Assembly: GCA_008690995.1 (NCBI GenBank)
Contig: VRMN01000001.1
Coordinates: 3,038,001-3,102,000, forward strand
DNA length: 64,000 nucleotides
From: Porphyridium purpureum
Lineage: Eukaryota
Reading direction: 5' to 3'
The notes under the pieces were generated by a model. It was given only the letters and a program-made list of their open reading frames with translations. It made no database searches and was not told the origin of the DNA. Made by a program: the position numbers and the translations under genes. How positions within the stretch are numbered: position 1 is the stretch's first letter; every line of letters starts with the position of its first letter. This document shows, piece after piece, positions 32,351-44,288 of this stretch.

Positions 32351-33135
32351 GACTCCAGCGAGTCTCCCTCCAGCTGCTGGATAGTCTTCCTTGCCTCGGG
32401 ACACTTCCTGGCGATGTGTCCCGGCTTTCCACAATTCCAGCATTTGAGCTCGCTTCGAACACGCCTCTGACCCTGCACATGTCCCAGCTCCATCGGGACA
32501 GGTCCTTCCTGCGCTGCGCGACCGAAAAATGGCGTCCTCACACTTGAATCACGCACGCCGCGAGTCGCATGAATGGCGTCATCCACGACCACCGCCACCT
32601 GCGCAGCCTCCGCAAACGTACTCACTCCTCGCTTGTAAACTTCCAAGCGGACCTCGGGCTTCAGACCCCTCACAAAGCGGTCCATCATTTCTGCGTCCGA
32701 CAAGTCCGGAATCACAAGTGCCGCGTCCTGAAAAGCCGCCACATACGCATGGGCCGGGCCTTTCTGCGAAAGACGCGTCAACTTGTCCCTTGCACGCCTG
32801 ATCGAATCCTGCGGCGTGAACCGAGCACTCACGAGGGCAGCAAAATCATTCCACGTCGTGGGGATCTCCTGCGGGTAGCGTTCGCAGTTTAGAACCCACC
32901 AATGAAGCGCCTCTCCCTCGAAATAGTCAGAAGCCAAGTCCACAGCACGCCTCTCCGCAAGCAGACGTTTCTCCAAATCGTCCGGGTGGATGCTCTCCAA
33001 CAACCGGCCCAAGATCTTCTTTCTCGCCTGGAACAACCACGTCTTCACAACCAGAAGGTCCCTCTTCCCGTCGAACCTCATCAGACGGGCCTCCTTCGGG
33101 CCACGTGGTCCCAGCGTCTCCGAATCAATCTCCAT
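32329..33135 (-). CDS. gag: Gypsy unit 1 gag
   Basis: Retrotransposon-gag-like sequence, PMELG and CCHC knuckle CWNCGKPGHIARKC. ATG at 33135. Confidence 0.93.
   Translation of the reverse strand: MEIDSETLGPRGPKEARLMRFDGKRDLLVVKTWLFQARKKILGRLLESIHPDDLEKRLLAERRAVDLASDYFEGEALHWWVLNCERYPQEIPTTWNDFAALVSARFTPQDSIRRARDKLTRLSQKGPAHAYVAAFQDAALVIPDLSDAEMMDRFVRGLKPEVRLEVYKRGVSTFAEAAQVAVVVDDAIHATRGVRDSSVRTPFFGRAAQEGPVPMELGHVQGQRRVRSELKCWNCGKPGHIARKCPEARKTIQQLEGDSLESKNEELE
32344..32350 (-). promoter_or_regulatory. -1 frameshift slippery heptamer A_AAA_AAC
   Basis: In the gag frame 4 codons before the gag stop, with pol in the -1 frame. Also at 37638-37644 and 42930-42936. Confidence 0.8.
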
Positions 33136-33703
33136 GCTCTCTGGACACAAGCACGCTCAACGATCACGACAACACGAACAGCAAGCCTCCGATGCTCACT
33201 TTCTCCAACAGCTGCGCGCACCACAAACGGGGCTCGGTCGCCCTCACGACCACAAATCGACACACGAAGCGGTCCTCTCACTCACACACACGCACAGCAA
33301 CCCTCTCACGCACACACAACAAAGCACACAGCAATCCTCCTCTGTTGCGCTGGATGGGGAGCGGCCCGGGCCTTTGCACTGGGGCGGGGATTATAGATGC
33401 GATCTTGTATGGAGGTGTTCGGCGCCTACCTTCGCAAAGGTGGTCGTGCGACACTAGGATGAATCCTAGTGAAGGCTGACCGTTACGGCTCTTGCCTACT
33501 AATACGTGCTAAGGCAGAGAGCGAGTCCGCCGTCAAGGCCTAGGCCTATCGTACAGCCAAGACTGAGACCCGCTTCCACCCGTCGCACCCTCCGGATCGA
33601 CTTACTCGAACCCCCTTACCCGCAGACTCTCCCACCCAGGCAACCCCAGAGAAACTCTAAGAGAACCTTAGAGCAACCCCAGGTAACCAGCGATGATACC
33701 AAA

Positions 33704-34124
33704 TGTTACCAATGCTGTGCCTTTTACTCTGCTTCTTCTTACCTCTTCTGTCTCCGAGCAAGACCTGACCGGCTAGTCCGGGCAGGCGCGTCGCCTTTTT
33801 ATACCCTTCCTTCCGCTAGGGACAGCAAGGCGCCAAGAGAAATGACAATGCAAACCATTGGCATTTCTGCGCGCGTCTAGAAGTTTCTGGAACCTCTAGA
33901 AGCTTCTAGAAACGGTTAAACGGTCTGACGGTTTAACGGCTTACCGGTTTCGGATTAACCGAACCGTTCTAGGTGACTGGGGTCGAACGGATAACAGCGC
34001 GCGTCTAGAAGGTTCTGGAACCTCTAGAAGCTTCTAGAAACGGTTAAACGGCTTACCGGTTTAACGGCTTACCGGTTTCGGATTAACCGAACCGTTCTAG
34101 GTGACTGGGGTCGAACGGATAACA
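33704..34124 (-). repeat. Array junction 1: full LTR (33704-33996) + GCGCG + 123-bp partial LTR (34002-34124)
   Basis: Read directly from the sequence. Confidence 0.95.
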
Positions 34125-34245
34125 TCTCCCCCCCCCTCTTGGCTCGACGTCTCGGCGAGACTTCAAACTAAGTTGCATTCTTGGCTCGAGGAACCCGCGC
34201 TCCGGGAGAAAACCTCTGCCTAGCAAACTTTTGACAATTCCCAAG

Positions 34246-37200
34246 TCATTCAGAGTCAGACTCTTCGATAATTTTCAACAAGTCTGGCTCAGAATTGGAC
34301 GCTGGCAGATCGTCGGGTACTTCTTCATCATTTTCCCCTGCCATGTAGTCTTCGCGTCCATAGTATGGCTTCAGATGTTGGATCGGAAAAACATCATGAC
34401 AAGCCACAACCTCGGGCAAAATCACTCGGTAAGCATGCGAGCTTACCTTCTCAATGACAGGCACCGGACCAAGAAACTTTGGTGCCGCCAAATCACTCTT
34501 GTTCGGCCGCAGTTGCGGCGCCGTGATCAACACTTGATCACCAACTTGAAACTCCCGGGCATCCTTGCGTCGATCGAAGAACTTCTGCATTCTCCCTTGG
34601 GCTTCGATCAAATTGTCGCGGACTTCTTCATGGACTTTGCACAGGCGAAACCAGTGCTCCGCCATGTCCTTCGTCTGTCCGTCGCGCGCAGGCCTCCACC
34701 CTTCGCTCGGTGGAAACCAAGGATCCCTTCCATACACCACTTTGAACGGCGCGAATCCAGTGGCACTGCTTGGTGCAGAGTTGTACGCAAACTCGTACAA
34801 CGGCAAGTCTCGCACCCAGCCACTATTCGTCGCCATCAACTTGAGCATTTCCCGAATCACGCGGTTCACTCGCTCAGTTTGGCCATCTGTCTGCGGGTGG
34901 TTGGCGGTAGACATAGCCAACTTCATGCCCACCCGCTTGCTCAACTGCTGCCAAAACGTGGACGTAAACAGCGGATCTCGGTCCGATACAATTGACTTGG
35001 GGTATCCGAAACGGCTCACGACGTGCTTCACGAACAAGTCAGCACAACGTTTTGCTGTCAAGTCCTTGCGCGTCGGGATAAACAGCGCCATCTTCGAATA
35101 GCGATCCACCACAGTCATGATTGCATCACAGCTGCCTTCGCTCCGAGGCAGCTCCGTCACAAAGTCCATCGAAATGTCGACCCAAGGTCCTTCTGGGATC
35201 GACAAGGGCTTCAGCTTTCCAAACGACCGATTCTCTGACTTTGTCACTTGGCATGCGTGACAAGTCTTCACAAAACGGCTCACGTCTCGCTTCATCTTTG
35301 GCCAGTAGAAGCGAGTGATCAAAGATGCATACGTCGTGTCCGCTCCACGGTGCCCTGCTGTCGGGATATCGTGGTGGAGTTGCATGACACGCTCTCTGAA
35401 CTTCCTTGGCACGCAAACGCGATTCCTCAAGTACAAGAGCCCAGCTTCGGTTCGAAAACCCTGGTGGGTCGGTAAATCTCCCATCAAAGTACCAAAGTCT
35501 GGGTCACTCGAGTACGAACCCACGAATGCCTGGAAACCCGCACCAAATTCATCACACCGAACTTGGTACTCTAGCGCGTGCAACTCCGGCTTCCTCGACA
35601 AAGCATCGGCTACCACGTTCGACTTTCCCTTCACATAGTCGATTGTGATATCAAACTCGGCTAAAAAGTCCAGCCACCGTGCTTGCCGGCCATTCAGCTC
35701 CTTCTGCGTCATCAAATGTTTCAACGCCTCATGATCTGTATGAAGCACAAACTTTGCCCCGTACAGATAAGGTCGAAACTCTCGCAGACAGTGAATGACG
35801 GCCATGAGCTCACCTTCATAGCTGCTGTACCTGGTCTCTCGGTCCAGCAGCTTCCTCGACGTAAACGCGACCGGTCTGCCTTCCTGTGCCAGCCATCCCC
35901 CCACCGCGACTTCAGAGCGGTCCGTGTACACCTCAAATGGCTTTTCAGGGTCTGGCAAGGCCAACACCGGCGCTTCCGTCAACATCCCCACAATCTTCTT
36001 GAAGGCCGACTTGCCTTCATCTCCCAGTTCGATCAGCTGCTTCTTCGACTTTGCGTTCTGCAACAGCGAAGTCAGCGGCGCCACGACGGTAGAGTATCCT
36101 TTGACAAACCTGCGAAACCAGTTTGTCATTCCCAAAAAGGATCTCAACTCCGTCACCGTCTTTGGCACTGGCCAATCTCTCAAAGCTTCCACCTTCCGTG
36201 GATCCATCTTCACGCAACCGTTGCCGACAATGTTCCCCAGGTATTCGACTTCAGAAACGAAGAAGCTGCACTTCTTGCGCTTCAACCGATACCCTGCCTT
36301 TTGCAAGCGCGACAACACTTCCTTCAGGACCTCGCCGTGCGACTGCCTATCCTTGGTAAAGACCAAAATATCGTCCAAGTAGACAATGACGGTCTTGTCC
36401 AGCAGATCTGCAAACAGCTCGTTCATGGCCCTCTGAAAAGTTGCCGGCGCGTTGCAAAGACCAAACGGCATCACACGGAACTCGAACTGTCCGTACCTGG
36501 TCTGGAACGCGGTCTTCGGCACGTCCTCTCTCCGAACACGCAACTGGTGGTATCCCGATGCCAAATCCAACTTTGAGAAACAGTGAGCTGCGCCCAGTCG
36601 ATCCAGCAACTCATCCATGTTCGGCAACGGATACCGGTCCTTCACAGTTGCGTCGTTCAACGCCCGATAATCAACGCACATCCTCATGCTGCCGTCTTTC
36701 TTCTTCACGAACAGCACGGGTGCTCCAAAGGGGCTCTGACTCGGCTGGACGAATCCCTTGTCCAGCAAGTCATCCAAAGTCTCTCGGAGGACTTTCAACT
36801 CCGCAGGGCTCAGTCGGTAGACCCTGCCCACTCTCACAGGCTTCTCATCTTTCAGCCTAATCACATGCTCCACTGTTCGGCTCTCAGGCAGCCCACGTGG
36901 CTCCTCGAACAGATTTTCGAAATCCTTGAGCATCTTTCTCACAGAGTCAGCTTCTTTGCGCTCCACTGAACAGGGCTTCTCCCTTCCTTTCAGCACGCCG
37001 AGGTAGCACTCTTCTACCTCCTGACTCTTCAACAGCCGACGGAGCTCTTTCCGTGGCACCAGCATCTGCGTCATGCTCCAGGCCTTTTTCTCTCCGTAGG
37101 CCAACATGCCAGACTGCCAATCAATCACTGGGTTCTCCCGCTTCAGCCACTCCATGCCCAAGATTGCGTCTTGTCCCGCAATCCGGCAAATGGCAAAGTT

Positions 37201-37644
37201 AGCGGCCCCTGAGTACCCATCGCTCAGTTCAAACTTGACATTGGAGACTTCTCCGGCTGTTTCCAATACAGACCCATCCGCTAGGGTCACATGATCTCTC
37301 TTCCACGACGCCTTCTGCTTCAGGCCGTCGGATTTCAGCACAAAGTCCACGCTCATAAAGTTGTCCGTCGCGCCACTGTCAATCAAAAACGTGGCCTCTC
37401 CGTCGGACTTGTGCACTTTTCCTCGAACTCGAAGAAGCATGGCAGCTCCCATCCCTCCAAGTTCCTTGATCACGGGCTGATTTGCGCTCGAGTTTCGCCC
37501 ACAAGGTGTCGGACAGCCAGACCTTGGCTTACCAAGGCCACCACAGCGGTCTTCATTGCCGCCCCTAGAGGTCTCGTAACGTCTGCGAGCCTCCTTTCCC
37601 TCTGACTGTCCGAGGAACCTCTCTACTCGAGCTCCTCGTTTTTT
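34246..37644 (-). CDS. pol: Gypsy unit 2 pol (intact)
   Basis: Near-identical to unit 1 pol, with an uninterrupted ORF. Confidence 0.95.
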   Translation of the reverse strand, partial: KKRGARVERFLGQSEGKEARRRYETSRGGNEDRCGGLGKPRSGCPTPCGRNSSANQPVIKELGGMGAAMLLRVRGKVHKSDGEATFLIDSGATDNFMSVDFVLKSDGLKQKASWKRDHVTLADGSVLETAGEVSNVKFELSDGYSGAANFAICRIAGQDAILGMEWLKRENPVIDWQSGMLAYGEKKAWSMTQMLVPRKELRRLLKSQEVEECYLGVLKGREKPCSVERKEADSVRKMLKDFENLFEEPRGLPESRTVEHVIRLKDEKPVRVGRVYRLSPAELKVLRETLDDLLDKGFVQPSQSPFGAPVLFVKKKDGSMRMCVDYRALNDATVKDRYPLPNMDELLDRLGAAHCFSKLDLASGYHQLRVRREDVPKTAFQTRYGQFEFRVMPFGLCNAPATFQRAMNELFADLLDKTVIVYLDDILVFTKDRQSHGEVLKEVLSRLQKAGYRLKRKKCSFFVSEVEYLGNIVGNGCVKMDPRKVEALRDWPVPKTVTELRSFLGMTNWFRRFVKGYSTVVAPLTSLLQNAKSKKQLIELGDEGKSAFKKIVGMLTEAPVLALPDPEKPFEVYTDRSEVAVGGWLAQEGRPVAFTSRKLLDRETRYSSYEGELMAVIHCLREFRPYLYGAKFVLHTDHEALKHLMTQKELNGRQARWLDFLAEFDITIDYVKGKSNVVADALSRKPELHALEYQVRCDEFGAGFQAFVGSYSSDPDFGTLMGDLPTHQGFRTEAGLLYLRNRVCVPRKFRERVMQLHHDIPTAGHRGADTTYASLITRFYWPKMKRDVSRFVKTCHACQVTKSENRSFGKLKPLSIPEGPWVDISMDFVTELPRSEGSCDAIMTVVDRYSKMALFIPTRKDLTAKRCADLFVKHVVSRFGYPKSIVSDRDPLFTSTFWQQLSKRVGMKLAMSTANHPQTDGQTERVNRVIREMLKLMATNSGWVRDLPLYEFAYNSAPSSATGFAPFKVVYGRDPWFPPSEGWRPARDGQTKDMAEHWFRLCKVHEEVRDNLIEAQGRMQKFFDRRKDAREFQVGDQVLITAPQLRPNKSDLAAPKFLGPVPVIEKVSSHAYRVILPEVVACHDVFPIQHLKPYYGREDYMAGENDEEVPDDLPASNSEPDLLKIIEESDSE

Positions 37645-38429
37645 GACTCCAGCGAGTCTCCCTCCAGCTGCTGGATAGTCTTCCTTGCCTCGGGACACTT
37701 CCTCGCGATGTGTCCCGGCCTTCCACAATTCCAGCATTTGAGCTCGGTACGAACACGCCTCTGACCCTGCACATGTCCCAGCTCCATCGGGACGGGTCCT
37801 TCCTGCGCTGCACGACCGAAAAATGGCGTCCTCACACTTGAATCACGCACGCCGCGGGTCGCATGAATGGCGTCGTCCACGACCACCGCCACCTGCGCAG
37901 CCTCCGCAAACGTGCTCACTCCTCGCTTGTACACTTCTAAGCGGACCTCGGGCTTCAGACCCCTCACAAAGCGGTCCATCATTTCTGCGTCCGACAAGTC
38001 CGGAATCACAAGTGCCGCGTCCTGAAAAGCCGCCACATACGCATGGGCCGGGCCTTTCTGCGAAAGACGCGTCAACTTGTCCCTTGCACGCCTGATCGAA
38101 TCCTGCGGCGTGAACCGAGCACTCACGAGGGCAGCAAAATCATTCCACGTCGTGGGGATCTCCTGCGGGTAGCGTTCGCAGTTTAGAACCCACCAATGAA
38201 GCGCCTCTCCCTCGAAATAGTCTGATGCCAAGTCCACAGCACGCCTCTCCGCAAGCAGACGTTTCTCCAAATCGTCCGGGTGGATGCTCTCCAACAGCCG
38301 GCCCAAGATCTTCTTTCTCGCCTGGAACAACCACGTCTTCACAACCAGAAGGTCCCTCTTCCCGTCGAACCTCATCAGACGGGCCTCCTTCGGGCCACGT
38401 GGTCCCAGCGTCTCCGAATCAATCTCCAT
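37623..38429 (-). CDS. gag: Gypsy unit 2 gag
   Basis: Near-identical to unit 1 gag. Confidence 0.93.
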   Translation of the reverse strand: MEIDSETLGPRGPKEARLMRFDGKRDLLVVKTWLFQARKKILGRLLESIHPDDLEKRLLAERRAVDLASDYFEGEALHWWVLNCERYPQEIPTTWNDFAALVSARFTPQDSIRRARDKLTRLSQKGPAHAYVAAFQDAALVIPDLSDAEMMDRFVRGLKPEVRLEVYKRGVSTFAEAAQVAVVVDDAIHATRGVRDSSVRTPFFGRAAQEGPVPMELGHVQGQRRVRTELKCWNCGRPGHIARKCPEARKTIQQLEGDSLESKNEELE

Positions 38430-38996
38430 GCTTTCTGGACACAAGCACGCTCAACGATCACGACAACACGAACAGCAAGCCTCCGATGCTCACTTTCTCC
38501 AACAGCTGCGCGCGCCACGAACGGGCTCGGTCGCCCTCACGAACACAAATCGACACACGAAGCGGTCCTCTCACGCACACACACGCACGGCAATCCTCTC
38601 ACGCACACACAACAAAGCACACAGCAATCCTCCTCTGTTGCGCTGGATGGGGAGCGGCCCGGGCCTTTGCACTGGGGCGGGGATTATAGATGCGATCTTA
38701 TATGGAGGTGTTCGGCGCCTACCTTCGCAAAGGTGGTCGTGCGACACTAGGATAAATCCTAGTGAAGGCTGACCGTTACGGCTCTTGCCTACTAATACGT
38801 GCTAAGGCAGAGAGCGAGTCCGCCGTCAAGGCCTAGGCCTATCGTACAGCCAAGACTGAGACCCGCTTCCACCCGTCGCACCCTCCGGATCGACTTACTC
38901 GAACCCCCTTACCCGCAGACTCTCCCACCCAGGCAACCCCAGAGAAACTCTAAGAGAACCTTAGAGCAACCCCAGGTAACCAGCGATGATACCAAA

Positions 38997-39417
38997 TGTT
39001 ACCAATGCTGTGCCTTTTACTCTGCTTCTTCTTACCTCTTCTGTCTCCGAGCAAGACCTGACCGGCTAGTCCGGGCAGGCGCGTCGCCTTTTTATACCCT
39101 TACTTCCGCTAGGGACAGCAAGGCGCCAAGAGAAATGACAATGCAAACCATTGGCATTTCTGCGCGCGTCTAGAAGTTTCTGGAACCTCTAGAAGCTTCT
39201 AGAAACGGTTAAACGGTCTGACGGTTTAACGGCTTACCGGTTTCGGATTAACCGAACCGTTCTAGGTGACTGGGGTCGAACGGATAACAGCGCGCGTCTA
39301 GAAGGTTCTGGAACCTCTAGAAGCTTCTAGAAACGGTTAAACGGGCTACCGGTTTAACGGCTTACCGGTTTCGGATTAACCGAACCGTTCTAGGTGACTG
39401 GGGTCGAACGGATAACA
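38997..39417 (-). repeat. Array junction 2: LTR (38997-39289) + GCGCG + partial LTR (39295-39417)
   Basis: Same structure as junction 1. Confidence 0.95.
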
Positions 39418-39536
39418 TCTCCCCCCCTCTTGGCTCGACGTCTCGGCGAGACTTCAAACTAAGTTGCATTCTTGGCTCGAGGAACCCGCGCTCCGGGAGA
39501 AAACCTCTGCCTAGCAAACTTCTCACAATTCCCAAG

Positions 39537-42500
39537 TCATTCAGAGTCAGACTCTTCGATAATTTTCAACAAGTCTGGCTCAGAATTGGACGCTGGCAGA
39601 TCGTCGGGTACTTCTTCATCATTTTCCCCTGCCATGTAGTCTTCGCGTCCATAGTATGGCTTCAGATGTTGGATCGGAAAAACATCATGACAAGCCACAC
39701 CCTCGGGCAAAATCACTCGGTAAGCATGCGAGCTTACCTTCTCAATGACAGGCACCGGACCAAGAAACTTTGGTGCCGCCAAATCACTCTTGTTCGGCCG
39801 CAGTTGCGGCGCCGTGACCAACACTTGATCACCAACTTGAAACTCCCGGGCATCCTTGCGTCGATCGAAGAACTTCTGCATTCTCCCCTGGGCTTCGATC
39901 AAATTGTCGCGGACTTCTTCATGGACTTTGCACAGGCGAAACCAGTGCTCCGCCATGTCCTTCGTTTGTCCGTCACGCGCAGGCCTCCACCCTTCGCTCG
40001 GTGGAAACCAAGGATCCCTTCCATACACCACTTTGAACGGCGCGAATCCAGTGGCACTGCTTGGTGCGGAGTTGTACGCAAACTCGTACAACGGCAAGTC
40101 TCGCACCCAGCCACTATTCGTCGCCATCAACTTGAGCATTTCCCGAATCACGCGGTTCACTCGCTCAGTTTGGCCATCTGTCTGCGGGTGGTTGGCGGTA
40201 GACATAGCCAACTTCATGCCCACCCGCTTGCTCAACTGCTGCCAAAACGTGGACGTAAACAGCGGATCTCGGTCCGACACAATCGACTTGGGGTATCCGA
40301 AACGGCTCACGACGTGCTTCACGAACAAGTCAGCACAACGTTTTGCTGTCAAGTCCTTGCGCGTCGGGATAAACAGCGCCATCTTCGAATAGCGATCCAC
40401 CACAGTCATGATTGCATCACAGCTGCCTTCGCTCCGAGGCAGCTCTGTCACAAAGTCCATCGAAATGTCGACCCAAGGTCCTTCTGGGATCGACAAGGGC
40501 TTCAGCTTTCCAAACGACCGATTCTCTGACTTTGTCACTTGGCACGCGTGACAAGTCTTCACAAAACGGCTCACGTCTCGCTTCATCTTTGGCCAGTAGA
40601 AGCGAGTGATCAAAGATGCATACGTCGTGTCGGCTCCACGGTGTCCTGCTGTCGGGATATCGTGGTGGAGCTGCATGACACGCTCTCTGAACTTCCTCGG
40701 CACGCAAACGCGATTCCTCAAGTACAAGAGCCCAGCTTCGGTTCGAAAACCCTGGTGGGTCGGTAAGTCACCCATCAAAGTACCAAAGTCTGGGTCACTC
40801 GAGTACGAACCCACGAATGCCTGGAAACCCGCACCAAATTCATCACACCGAACTTGGTACTCTAGCGCATGTAACTCTGGCTTCCTCGACAAAGCATCGG
40901 CTACCACGTTCGACTTTCCCTTCACATAGTCGATCGTGATGTCAAACTCGGCTAAAAAGTCCAGCCACCGTGCTTGCCGGCCATTCAGCTCCTTCTGCGT
41001 CATCAAATGTTTCAACGCCTCATGATCCGTATGAAGCACAAACTTTGCTCCGTACAGATAAGGTCGAAACTCTCGCAGACAGTGAATGACGGCCATGAGC
41101 TCAACTTCATAGCTGCTGTACCTGGTCTCTCGGTCCAGCAGCTTCCTCGACGTAAACGCGACCGGTCTGCCTTCCTGTGCCAGCCATCCCCCCACCGCGA
41201 CTTCGGAGCGGTCCGTGTACACCTCAAATGGCTTTTCAGGGTCTGGCAAGGCCAACACCGGCGCTTCCGTCAACATCCCCACAATCTTCTTGAAGGCCGA
41301 CTTGCCTTCATCTCCCAGTTCGATCAGCTGCTTCTTCGACTTTGCGTTCTGCAACAGCGAAGTCAACGGCGCCACCACGGTAGAGTATCCTTTGACAAAC
41401 CTGCGAAACCAGTTTGTCATTCCCAAAAAGGATCTCAACTCCGTCACCGTCTTTGGCACTGGCCAATCTCTCAAAGCTTCCACCTTCCGTGGATCCATCT
41501 TCACGCAACCGTTGCCGACAATGTTCCCCAGGTATTCGACTTCAGAAACGAAAAAGCTGCACTTCTTGCGCTTCAAACGATACCCTGCCTTTTGCAAGCG
41601 CGACAACACTTCCTTCAGGACCTCGCCGTGCGACTGCCTATCCTTGGTAAAGACCAAAATATCGTCCAAGTAGACAATGACGGTCTTGTCCAGCAGATCT
41701 GCAAACAGCTCGTTCATGGCCCTCTGAAAAGTTGCCGGCGCGTTGCAAAGACCAAACGGCATCACACGGAACTCGAACTGTCCGTACCTGGTCTGGAACG
41801 CGGTCTTCGGCACGTCCTCTCTCCGAACACGCAACTGGTGGTATCCCGATGCCAAATCCAACTTTGAGAAACAGTGAGCTGCGCCCAGTCGATCCAGCAA
41901 CTCATCCATGTTCGGCAACGGATACCGGTCCTTCACAGTTGCGTCGTTCAACGCCCGATAATCAACGCACATCCTCATGCTGCCGTCTTTCTTCTTCACG
42001 AACAGCACGGGTGCTCCAAACGGGCTCTGACTCGGCTGGACGAATCCTTTGTCCAGCAAGTCATCCAAAGTCTCTCGGAGGACTTTCAACTCCGCAGGGC
42101 TCAGTCGGTAGACCCTGCCCACTCTCACAGGCTTCTCATCTTTCAGCCTAATCACATGCTCCACTGTTCGGCTCTCAGGCAGCCCACGTGGCTCCTCGAA
42201 CAGATTTTCGAAATCCTTGAGCATCTTTCTCACAGAGTCAGCTTCTTTGCGCTCCACTGAACAGGGCTCCTCCCTTCCTTTCAGCACGCCGAGGTAGCAC
42301 TCTTCTACCTCCTGACTCTTCAACAACCGACGGAGCTCTTTCCGTGGCACCAGCATCTGCGTCATGCTCCAGGCCTTCTTCTCTCCGTAGGCCAACATGC
42401 CAGACTGCCAATCAATCACTGGGTTCTCCCGCTTCAGCCACTCCATGCCCAAGATTGCGTCTTGTCCCGCAATCCGGCAAATGGCAAAGTTAGCGGCCCC

Positions 42501-42936
42501 TGAGTACCCATCGCTCAGTTCAAACTTGACATTGGAAACTTCTCCGGCTGTTTCCAATACAGACCCATCCGCTAGGGTCACATGATCTCTCTTCCACGAC
42601 GCCTTCTGCTTCAGGCCGTCGGATTTCTGCACAAAGTCCACGCTCATGAAGTTGTCCGTCGCGCCACTGTCAATCAAAAACGTGGCCTCTCCGTCGGACT
42701 TGTGCACTTTTCCTCGAACTCGAAGAAGCATGGCAGCTCCCATCCCTCCAAGTTCCTTGATCACGGGCTGATTTGCGCTCGAGTTTCGCCCACAAGGTGT
42801 CGGACAGCCAGACCTTGGCTTACCAAGGCCACCACAGCGGTCTTCATTGCCGCCCCTAGAGGTCTCGTAACGTCTGCGAGCCTCCTTTCCCTCTGACTGT
42901 CCGAGGAACCTCTTCTACTCGAGCTCCTCGTTTTTT
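39537..42936 (-). pseudogene. pol: Gypsy unit 3 pol with a +1 insertion near 42913, just after the frameshift site
   Basis: aacctcttctac versus aacctctctac in units 1-2. The downstream ORF 39537..42764 is intact. May be a sequencing error. Confidence 0.75.
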
Positions 42937-43721
42937 GACTCCAGCGAGTCTCCCTCCAGCTGCTGGATAGTCTTCCTTGCCTCGGGACACTTCCTGGCGA
43001 TGTGTCCCGGCCTTCCACAATTCCAGCATTTGAGCTCGGTACGAACACGCCTCTGACCCTGCACATGTCCCAGCTCCATCGGGACGGGTCCTTCCTGCGC
43101 TGCACGACCGAAAAATGGCGTCCTCACACTTGAATCACGCACGCCGCGGGTCGCATGAATGGCGTCGTCCACGACCACCGCCACCTGCGCAGCCTCCGCG
43201 AACGTACTCACTCCTCGCTTGTACACTTCCAAGCGGACCTCGGGCTTCAGACCCCTCACAAAGCGGTCCATCATTTCTGCGTCCGACAAGTCCGGAATCA
43301 CAAGTGCCGCGTCCTGAAAAGCCGCCACATACGCATGGGCCGGGCCTTTCTGCGAAAGACGCGTCAACTTGTCCCTTGCACGCCTGATCGAATCCTGCGG
43401 CGTGAACCGAGCACTCACGAGGGCAGCAAAATCATTCCACGTCGTGGGGACCTCCTGCGGGTAGCGTTCACAGTTTAGAACCCACCAATGAAGCGCCTCT
43501 CCCTCGAAATAGTCTGATGCCAAGTCCACAGCACGCCTCTCCGCAAGCAGACGTTTCTCCAAATCGTCCGGGTGGATGCTCTCCAACAGCCGGCCCAAGA
43601 TCTTCTTTCTCGCCTGGAACAACCACGTCTTCACAACCAGAAGGTCCCTCTTCCCGTCGAACCTCATCAGACGGGCCTCCTTCGGGCCACGTGGTCCCAG
43701 CGTCTCCGAATCAATCTCCAT
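42915..43721 (-). CDS. gag: Gypsy unit 3 gag
   Basis: Near-identical to unit 1 gag. Confidence 0.93.
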   Translation of the reverse strand: MEIDSETLGPRGPKEARLMRFDGKRDLLVVKTWLFQARKKILGRLLESIHPDDLEKRLLAERRAVDLASDYFEGEALHWWVLNCERYPQEVPTTWNDFAALVSARFTPQDSIRRARDKLTRLSQKGPAHAYVAAFQDAALVIPDLSDAEMMDRFVRGLKPEVRLEVYKRGVSTFAEAAQVAVVVDDAIHATRGVRDSSVRTPFFGRAAQEGPVPMELGHVQGQRRVRTELKCWNCGRPGHIARKCPEARKTIQQLEGDSLESKNEELE

Positions 43722-44288
43722 GCTTTCTGGACACAAGCACGCTCAACGATCACGACAACACGAACAGCAAGCCTCCGATGCTCACTTTCTCCAACAGCTG
43801 CGCGCGCCACGAACGGGCTCGGTCGCCCTCACGAACACAAATCGACACACGAAGCGGTCCTCTCACGCACACACACGCACGGCAATCCTCTCACGCACAC
43901 ACAACAAAGCACACAGCAATCCTCCTCTGTTGCGCTGGATGGGGAGCGGCCCGGGCCTTTGCACTGGGGCGGGGATTATAGATGCGATCTTGTATGGAGG
44001 TGTTCGGCGCCTACCTTCGCAAAGGTGGTCGTGCGACACTAGGATAAATCCTAGTGAAGGCTGACCGTTACGGCTCTTGCCTACTAATACGTGCTAAGGC
44101 AGAGAGCGAGTCCGCCGTCAAGGCCTAGGCCTATCGTACAGCCAAGACTGAGACCCGCTTCCACCCGTCGCACCCTCCGGATCGACTTACTCGAACCCCC
44201 TTACCCGCAGACTCTCCCACCCAGGCAACCCCAGAGAAACTCTAAGAGAACCTTAGAGCAACCCCAGGTAACCAGCGATGATACCAAA

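Larger units (their letters stand above)
28540..33996 (-). mobile_element. Guest gypsy copy inserted in the host gypsy LTR
   Basis: 293-bp LTRs at 28540-28832 and 33704-33996, flanked by GCGCG at 28535-28539 and 33997-34001. PPT near 28833-28843. PBS 33690-33701. Confidence 0.9.
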
